A stretch of DNA of 34,416 nucleotides from contig WFPH01000204.1 of assembly GCA_015487645.1 (NCBI GenBank), positions 1 through 34,416 on the forward strand, read 5' to 3'. Positions 24,821 through 34,416 of this stretch are shown piece after piece. The notes under the pieces were generated by a model, which saw only the letters and a program-made list of their open reading frames with translations, did no database searches and was not told the DNA's origin. The translations under genes and the position numbers were made by a program. Position 1 is the stretch's first letter; every line of letters starts with the position of its first letter. The stretch comes from Thermosulfurimonas sp. (GTDB lineage Bacteria; Desulfobacterota; Thermodesulfobacteria; Thermodesulfobacteriales; Thermodesulfobacteriaceae).

Positions 24821-27371
24821 AGCCGGCCAGGGCCCGGTAGTGTATCTCATAGACGGAACCTCTTTTGTCTACCGGGCCCACTATGCCGTAAAAGAGTTTC
24901 TTTCCACTTCCTGGGGCCTTCCTACCAAGGCTATCTTCGTTTTTACGCGTATGCTCCTCCGGATACTGAGGGAGTTCCGGCCGGAGTATCTGGCCCTCTG
25001 CCTGGACGAGAAGGCTCCCACCTTTCGGCACGAGGCTTACGAGGAGTACAAAGCCCACCGCCCTCCAATGCCTGACGAGCTAGCGGTTCAGATTCCTTAT
25101 ATCCGGGAAATTGCGGAAGCTCTGGGAGTGCGGGTCTTGAGTTATGCGGGTTATGAGGCCGACGATCTCATTGCCACCCTGGCCACCAGGCTCCCCAACC
25201 CTGTAGTCATCATTGCAGGCGATCGTGATCTTTTGCCCCTGGTGAGTGATCGGGTTTACCTCTGGGATCCTCTGAGGGAGAGGACCATCGATCCCGGGGA
25301 AGTGGAAAGACGCTACGGGCTCCCCCCGGAAAAGATCCCCGAGATCAGGGCTCTCGCGGGGGACGCGAGCGACAACATTCCCGGAGTGAAAGGCATAGGA
25401 GAGAAAACGGCGGTGGCCCTAATCAAGGCCTTCGGTTCGGTAGAGGCCCTTTATGAGCGGCTTTCCGAAGTGCGGCCTCCTAGGGTCCGCAAGCTCCTTG
25501 AGGAGGGTCGGGAAGCGGCTTTTCTTTCCCGGAAGTTAGTGGAGCTTGAGACCTCCGTACCCATTCCTTTAACGCTTGAGGAGTATCGTCTGCGGGAGCC
25601 AGACTACCGGAAATTGCGGGCCCTTTTCGTCAAGCTCGAGTTTCGGAAACTTTTGGCCGAGCTTCCCCCGGAAAGGGAAATTTCCGGAACGGTGGTCAAA
25701 GTGAAAGACTGCCCTCCGGAGGTGCGTTCCGCTGGCAGAATTGCTCTCTGGGTCTCCGGGGCAGAAGACCTCTTCGGCCGGAAGACCATTTCGGCTCTTG
25801 TGCTGGCTTCTCCGGAAAAGGCCTATGTGCTTCCGGGAGAGCGGGTAGAAGAGGTGAAGCAGCTTTTTAAGGAAGAAACCCTTACCAGAGTGGTTTACGA
25901 TCTCAAGGCTTTGTGCCACCTGCTGGAGGAAGCTCTGGCCCTCCAGGGGGAGGTCTTTGATCTTAAGCTGGCGGCCTGGCTACTCGATCCGGTGCGCAAG
26001 AGCTATACCCTGGAAGAACTCGCCGAGGAATACTTGGGGGTGAAGCTCTCTCCGACGGCTGATGAGCGTGGGGCTGGAGAGAGGGCCCTGGCTCTGCAGC
26101 ACCTTTACCCGCATCTGCGGGAGGGCCTCCGACAGGCCGGACTTGAAAGGCTGCTTTTTGAGGTGGAGGGGCCGCTGGCCCCGGTTCTTTTCAAAATGGA
26201 AAAGGTGGGTATTAAGGTCGATCGAGATTATCTTAAAACCCAGGCCCGGCGGTTACGAGAGGAGTTGAGGGGGCTTGAGGAGGAGATTTTTCGTCTGGCC
26301 GGTGAACCGTTTAACCTGCGCTCCAGTAAGGATCTCTCCCGGATCCTCTTTCAAAAACTGGGGCTACCCAAAGGGAAACGCACGCCTAAGGGCACGGGCT
26401 ATTCCACGGATGTGGAAGTACTCTCTGAACTGGCAAACCTTCATCCTCTTCCCCAAAAGCTCTTGCGCTACCGCACGGTCTACAAGCTCCTTTCCACCTA
26501 CGTGGAACCCCTGATCCGTCTGGCTGATCCGGCCACCGGGCGCGTTCATACCACCTTCCATCAGACCGGAACGGCCACCGGTCGTCTTTCTTCCTCGGAT
26601 CCCAATCTTCAGAACATCCCGGTAAAGGGGGAGGAGGGCGAACTGATACGCCGGGCCTTCGTGGCTGAAGAGGGCTGGGTCCTCCTTTCGGCAGACTATT
26701 CCCAGATTGAACTCCGTCTGCTGGCCCATTTTTCCGGGGATGAGAACCTCAAACGGGCTTTCCTTGAAGGGCGCGACATCCATGCGGCCACTGCGGCCGA
26801 GATCTTTGGTCTTCGGCCGGAGGAGGTCACGGCGGAGATGAGACGGTTGGCCAAGGTCATAAACTTTGGTATTGCTTACGGTATGAGCCCCTTCGGGCTA
26901 TCCAAAGAGCTGGGCATAGACCTTAAACAGGCCCGGGCCTTTATTGACCGATATTTCGAGCGTTACCCCGGGGTCAAGCGTTACATGGAAAACGTGGTGG
27001 CCGAGGCCCGGGAGAAGGGCTTTGTGACTACGCTCCTCGGAAGAAGGCGCCCTATCCCTGGTCTCCTGAGCCGGGAAAAGAGTGTGCGGGAGTTTGCCGA
27101 ACGCACGGCCATCAATACTCCCATCCAGGGCTCGGGAGCCGATCTCGTCAAGCTCGCCATGCTGACCATAGATCGAAAACTGGCAGAAGGAGGCTACGCC
27201 GCCAGGCTCATTCTTCAGGTGCACGATGAGCTCCTCTTTGAGGTTCCGGAAGACGAGATTGAACCGGTAAAGGCCATCGTCCGAAAAGAAATGGAGGAGG
27301 TCTATCCCCTTTCGGTGCCCCTTAAGGTAAACCTGGCCCAAGGGAAAAACTGGGCGGAGGCCAAGGCTTAA
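24783..27371 (+). CDS. polA: DNA polymerase I (start uncertain: GTG 24783 or GTG 24840)
   Basis: YLIDG, EADD, GD.SDNIPGV.GIG.KTA, TGRLSSSDPNLQNIP, DYSQIELR, K..NFG..YG and QVHDEL. Confidence 0.96.
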   Translation: MRSLPGSSIVLPKAGQGPVVYLIDGTSFVYRAHYAVKEFLSTSWGLPTKAIFVFTRMLLRILREFRPEYLALCLDEKAPTFRHEAYEEYKAHRPPMPDELAVQIPYIREIAEALGVRVLSYAGYEADDLIATLATRLPNPVVIIAGDRDLLPLVSDRVYLWDPLRERTIDPGEVERRYGLPPEKIPEIRALAGDASDNIPGVKGIGEKTAVALIKAFGSVEALYERLSEVRPPRVRKLLEEGREAAFLSRKLVELETSVPIPLTLEEYRLREPDYRKLRALFVKLEFRKLLAELPPEREISGTVVKVKDCPPEVRSAGRIALWVSGAEDLFGRKTISALVLASPEKAYVLPGERVEEVKQLFKEETLTRVVYDLKALCHLLEEALALQGEVFDLKLAAWLLDPVRKSYTLEELAEEYLGVKLSPTADERGAGERALALQHLYPHLREGLRQAGLERLLFEVEGPLAPVLFKMEKVGIKVDRDYLKTQARRLREELRGLEEEIFRLAGEPFNLRSSKDLSRILFQKLGLPKGKRTPKGTGYSTDVEVLSELANLHPLPQKLLRYRTVYKLLSTYVEPLIRLADPATGRVHTTFHQTGTATGRLSSSDPNLQNIPVKGEEGELIRRAFVAEEGWVLLSADYSQIELRLLAHFSGDENLKRAFLEGRDIHAATAAEIFGLRPEEVTAEMRRLAKVINFGIAYGMSPFGLSKELGIDLKQARAFIDRYFERYPGVKRYMENVVAEAREKGFVTTLLGRRRPIPGLLSREKSVREFAERTAINTPIQGSGADLVKLAMLTIDRKLAEGGYAARLILQVHDELLFEVPEDEIEPVKAIVRKEMEEVYPLSVPLKVNLAQGKNWAEAKA

Positions 27372-27373
27372 CG

Positions 27374-28069
27374 ATGTGGGAGCCCTGGGAAGGCGGCTAC
27401 GAAGTCAATCGGGATCCGGCCCATATTGAGGTCCTGCTTCAGGACCTCAAGAAGATGGGCTACTGGGTTATTTTCATTAGCGGTCGTTTTCGTTCGGGGC
27501 CAACTTTACTTCTCCATATAACAGAGGATCACCTGGTCTTTGACTATCCCCGTCCGTGGGCCCCCGGTATTTCCACCGCGCGTGTAATTTATCGGGACAA
27601 CACCAATATCGAGCATTTCTTCCGGGTAGAGATCTTAAAAGAGGATACCGAAAATAAATATCTCTTTACCACTCGCCCCACTGCCATTTTCAGGCTTGAA
27701 AGACGGATGTACTATCGGGTACCCACTCCTCCGGGCTCCAGAGCGGAGTTCAAATGGAGGGAGGGGGAAGTTCAGGGGGAGATTTTGAATCTTAGTGCCG
27801 GAGGCTTGGCTCTTATCAGGCCCAATCTCAAGGTGCCCGAAAGGGAGATTCTTACCGAGGGACAACTGGATCTTTTGCTTTCGGCCAGCCGTCCCTTTGG
27901 GAAGATTGAGATTCCACGGGCTGAGGTGGTCAGGGCTCAGGATTCTCCAGATGGACACCTTTTAGGGATAAAATTCCATATCAACGAAAAGAAACGTCAG
28001 GAGTTAATGCGGTACGTGATCCAGCGTGAAATTGAGATCCGGAAAGCCAGATCTTCGGAATCCGGTTAA
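27374..28069 (+). CDS. PilZ-domain c-di-GMP receptor (YcgR/flagellar-brake-like)
   Basis: ERRMYYRV (RxxxR) and NLSAGG ((D/N)xSxxG) motifs. Confidence 0.85.
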   Translation: MWEPWEGGYEVNRDPAHIEVLLQDLKKMGYWVIFISGRFRSGPTLLLHITEDHLVFDYPRPWAPGISTARVIYRDNTNIEHFFRVEILKEDTENKYLFTTRPTAIFRLERRMYYRVPTPPGSRAEFKWREGEVQGEILNLSAGGLALIRPNLKVPEREILTEGQLDLLLSASRPFGKIEIPRAEVVRAQDSPDGHLLGIKFHINEKKRQELMRYVIQREIEIRKARSSESG

Positions 28070-28100
28070 GCCCTCTTTAAACAGGCCAGGAGATCTTGAG

Positions 28101-29075
28101 CTAAACGGTAAATTTGAAACTGCCTTTTCCGAGAATATCGTGGAGATGGAGGATACCCACCAATCTCTCTTCGGTGTCCACTACTGGAAGGACTGTGATA
28201 AGGTGTTTTTCCATAAGGTCCAGGGCTTCAGAGGCCAGTCGGTCTTTTTCGATCCGTTTGGGATCGCGAGTCATGATCTCCTCCACCCGAAGCCCTTCCA
28301 GGCTTCCTCGGCGGACCAGGGCTCGCCGTAGATCGCCATCCGTAATGATGCCGCGGAGCCTGTCATCCTGATCCAAGACTAGGATACAGCCCAGGCGCTT
28401 GCGATCCATTTCCTGGAGGGCTTCCATCATGGGGGTGCCCAGGCGTGTGAGGGGGATGTGGTCTCCGGTGAGCATGATCTCGGCCACTCTTACCTTAAGC
28501 CGTTCTCCCAACGAGCCTCCCGGATGATTGCGCCGGAAGTCTTCTGGCCCGAACCCCCGGGCTTCAGCCAGAGCTACGGCCAGGGCGTCCCCCACGGCCA
28601 GGGTCGCAGTGGTGCTGGCGGTGGGGGCCAGATCGTGAGGGCAGGCCTCTCGGGGAACGCCGACATCGATGACGATGTCGGCCAGGCGTGCTAGAGGAGA
28701 TTGGAGATTTCCGGTAAAAGCAATGGTTTTGACTCCGCGACGCTTCAGAACCCGAACGATGAGGTTGACTTCCTCTGTCCGGCCGGAGTTTGAGAGCCCC
28801 AGAAGCACGTCTTCTGAAGTGACCATCCCGAGATCTCCATGGAGGGCCTCGGCTGGGTGCAGGAAGAAGGCCGGGGTGCCGGTCGAGGAAAGGGTGGCCG
28901 CGATCTTGCGCCCTATGAGACCGCTTTTCCCAAGCCCAGTAACCACTACCCGTCCGCGCGTGGAAAGGATAAGGTTTACCGCTTCCTCAAAAGAGGCTCC
29001 GAGCTTCCTTTCTACCGCTTCGAGCCCCTCGATCTCCGTTCGTAGTACTTGTTTAGCAATCTCCAGAGCGCGCAT
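28101..29075 (-). CDS. kdsD: Arabinose-5-phosphate isomerase (KpsF/GutQ family, SIS + CBS pair)
   Basis: GLGKSG..G.KIAAT.SSTGTP, EA.HGDLG, APTASTT, HPGG.LG and GIITDGDLRR. Alternative start at 29111. Confidence 0.93.
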   Translation of the reverse strand: MRALEIAKQVLRTEIEGLEAVERKLGASFEEAVNLILSTRGRVVVTGLGKSGLIGRKIAATLSSTGTPAFFLHPAEALHGDLGMVTSEDVLLGLSNSGRTEEVNLIVRVLKRRGVKTIAFTGNLQSPLARLADIVIDVGVPREACPHDLAPTASTTATLAVGDALAVALAEARGFGPEDFRRNHPGGSLGERLKVRVAEIMLTGDHIPLTRLGTPMMEALQEMDRKRLGCILVLDQDDRLRGIITDGDLRRALVRRGSLEGLRVEEIMTRDPKRIEKDRLASEALDLMEKHLITVLPVVDTEERLVGILHLHDILGKGSFKFTV

Positions 29076-29162
29076 AGTACCGAATATACTTCCAATTTCT
29101 CCTTTGGTCATTATGCTTCCGAAAGGAGGGGATTCGATCCCAATTTGGAAAGCCAGCCTCTC

Positions 29163-29190
29163 TTGACATCCCTGAGATAGCCTTTAAAGT
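29163..29190 (+). promoter_or_regulatory. Sigma70-type promoter of fur-feoA-feoB
   Basis: TTGACA (29163-29168), 16 nt spacer, TAAAGT (29185-29190). Confidence 0.65.
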
Positions 29191-29210
29191 ATTGAAACAA
29201 AATTTCAATA
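29190..29210. promoter_or_regulatory. Fur operator (Fur box)
   Basis: Perfect 8-5-8 inverted repeat TATTGAAA-CAAAA-TTTCAATA over the predicted transcription start; resembles the deltaproteobacterial WTGAAA-N-TTTCAW Fur motif. Confidence 0.8.
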
Positions 29211-29219
29211 AGGTATGGA

Positions 29220-29669
29220 ATGGAAAAGCCTCCCGGTTCTGAAATCGAAATTTTTAGAGATTTTATAAAAAAGAAAGGTCTCAGATATACCTCCGAACGG
29301 GAGATTATCTTGCGAGAGATTTTCAATATCCATGACCATTTTGATGTGGATGAGCTTTATCTACGTCTGCGCAACAAGGGGCATCGCATTTCCAAGGCTT
29401 CCATCTATCGAACCCTGCCTCTCCTCATAGAATGCGGGCTGGTGCAGGAGGTTTATCACGAAGATGGCCACATGCACTACGAGCACATTTATGGTCACGA
29501 GCCCCATGCGCACTTTCGTTGTCTTTCCTGTCGCCGGGTGGAGGAATTTAAGGATCAGAGGTTGGAGGAGGTAGCTCGGGAGTACGCCGAAAAGTATGGA
29601 GTGGAGATCAAGATGACCCGCTTTGAAATCCTCGGTTATTGTTCCACCTGTCGGGGAGGGGAGGGATAA
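29220..29669 (+). CDS. fur: Ferric uptake regulator family repressor
   Basis: GLR.T..R..IL, HF..DELY, SIYRTL, H.HF.CxxC and terminal CxxC. Confidence 0.92.
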   Translation: MEKPPGSEIEIFRDFIKKKGLRYTSEREIILREIFNIHDHFDVDELYLRLRNKGHRISKASIYRTLPLLIECGLVQEVYHEDGHMHYEHIYGHEPHAHFRCLSCRRVEEFKDQRLEEVAREYAEKYGVEIKMTRFEILGYCSTCRGGEG

Positions 29670-29671
29670 GG

Positions 29672-29982
29672 ATGGGGTTTCGCTGGCGCTGGCGTTTGCG
29701 TTTCGGGAGGAAAGATCGCTGTCCCGAAAACCGTGAGGGGCTTTGCCCCAGAATGGAAAATCTTGTTACTCTGGACGAACTCAAAAGCGGAGAGGAAGCT
29801 ATTATCGTAAAGGTCTTGGGAAACGGGGCTTTTCGTCAGCGGCTCCTTGAGATGGGCTTCTTGCCCGGGACCCGCATCCGGGTCATTCGCTACGCCCCCC
29901 TTGAGGATCCCGTGGAGTACGAACTCAAGGGCTACCACGTGGCTCTCCGACACGAAGAAGCGGCCAAGGTTCTGGTGGAGAG

Positions 29983-29998
<16 letters not shown>
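29672..29998 (+). CDS. feoA: Ferrous iron transport protein A
   Basis: RQRLLEMGFLPGT.I.V.R.APL.DP and ALR..EA; ATG 29672 directly after the fur stop. Confidence 0.92.
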
Positions 29999-33304
<3,306 letters not shown>

Positions 33305-33332
33305 TTCGAAAGATAGTTTTACCAGCCCCCCC

Positions 33333-34416
33333 TGGATAAGTTCAGAAGCCTTTGGCACTCCGAGTAGGGGGTGCCAGGATGCAGATTCATCACATCGGAT
33401 ACGGGATCAAGGGGTTTTACAGGTTGGCCAAATTGGGTTTCTTTTGGGATATGATTCCCGAAGAAGCCCAACATCGTCTGAAGGTTTTAAGGTTTTGGAA
33501 AAAGTATGGTCTTGAGGCCACTAGGGAGGCTTTTGGGGTTTCCAGGCGCACTCTTTATCGCTGGCAAGCTAAACTTAAAGCTGCGGGAGGGGACCCCATA
33601 GCCCTTCAGCCCCAAAAGCCCATTCCCAAAAGGAAACGTCAATCACGTTGGCCAAAGGAAATAATTGAACGTATCCGATATTTGAGGAAGAAGTATCCCA
33701 ATTTAGGGAAGGCCAGGATTTACGAGTTGCTCAAGCCCTGGTGTGAGGAGAGGGGACTTAGATGTCCCAGTGTTTCCACGATTGGACGGATCATAGCCCG
33801 GGCACCGGACAAGATGAGGCATGTGCCCATGAGACTTGATGCTCGGGGGAGGCCGAAGCCGGTGAAGCGTCGCAGATTCAAGCTGAGGAAACCCAAGGGA
33901 TTTAAGGCTTCGGCTCTAGAGTTTTGGGCGGTGGATTTGATAGAGAGGGTAAGGGACGGGATTCGGCGGTACATATTGACCATGGTGGACCCGGTAAGCC
34001 GGATAGCCTTTGCGGTGGCTATACCGGGCAAGAGAGCGAAATATACAGCGAAGGTCTTAAAGGTCTTAGTGGAAGGCAATCCGGGGCTGAAGAGTTTACT
34101 TTCGGACAATGGTTCGGAATTTGAGGGAGAGTTTGACAAATTACTGAAGGAGAGAGAAATTCGGCATTATTGGACGTATCCGAAGTCACCGAAGATGAAC
34201 GCCCACAATGAGCGATTTAATCGGACGCTACAGGAGCAATTTGTGGATTATCACGAGGATTTGCTTTTTACGGACCTAGAGGGTTTCAATAAGAGGCTTG
34301 GGGAGTGGCTGGTGGATTACAACACGGTGTTACCGCACCATAGTTTAGGTTTGAAGCCTCCGGTAAAATGGCTCCTTGAAAATCATCCCGAGTGCCAAAG
34401 GTACTGGACCAATACA
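33333..34416 (+). mobile_element. IS481-family-like insertion sequence (about 1.08 kb)
   Basis: Left end tggataagttcagaagCCTTTGGCACTC (33333-33360) pairs with right end GAGTGCCAAAGGtactggaccaataca (34390-34416); the right end terminates in ACA; one HTH + rve ORF inside. Confidence 0.85.
33379..34416 (+). CDS. DDE (integrase core) transposase; no stop codon within the window
   Basis: ATG 33379 is open to the window end. HTH ATREAFGVSRRTLYRW; catalytic AVD...LSDNGSEF...NAHNERFNRTL. Confidence 0.9.
   Translation, partial: MQIHHIGYGIKGFYRLAKLGFFWDMIPEEAQHRLKVLRFWKKYGLEATREAFGVSRRTLYRWQAKLKAAGGDPIALQPQKPIPKRKRQSRWPKEIIERIRYLRKKYPNLGKARIYELLKPWCEERGLRCPSVSTIGRIIARAPDKMRHVPMRLDARGRPKPVKRRRFKLRKPKGFKASALEFWAVDLIERVRDGIRRYILTMVDPVSRIAFAVAIPGKRAKYTAKVLKVLVEGNPGLKSLLSDNGSEFEGEFDKLLKEREIRHYWTYPKSPKMNAHNERFNRTLQEQFVDYHEDLLFTDLEGFNKRLGEWLVDYNTVLPHHSLGLKPPVKWLLENHPECQRYWTNT

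Overview
Mostly housekeeping, GC-rich chromosome of what is probably a thermophilic anaerobe (Thermodesulfobacteria/Deltaproteobacteria-like; this is inferred from gene content and codon style). The window carries alternative heme biosynthesis genes (sirC, ahbA/B-type, ahbD), ubiX and ubiA/mqnP, greA, ino1, dapL-folK, a Re-citrate-synthase-like enzyme, rng, punA, mscS, pyrG, rsmG, polA, a PilZ protein, kdsD, a Fur-boxed fur-feoA-feoB operon and serS. It ends in an IS481-like element. Unusual points: (1) an apparently intact DeoC-RNase HI fusion; (2) a prepilin-type protein in which 19 of 32 Asn lie in N-X-S/T sequons and whose gene has mosaic GC content; (3) five copies of a modular MITE-like element with GAGACC.../...GGTCTC-type ends around G/C-run palindromes; (4) two or three genes that appear to need non-canonical ATT/CTG starts at stop-start junctions; (5) three coiled-coil + PD-(D/E)XK-like genes; (6) a small membrane ORF frameshifted in an A7 run; (7) a structured leader upstream of ino1. 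All calls come from reading the sequence; no database searches were run.
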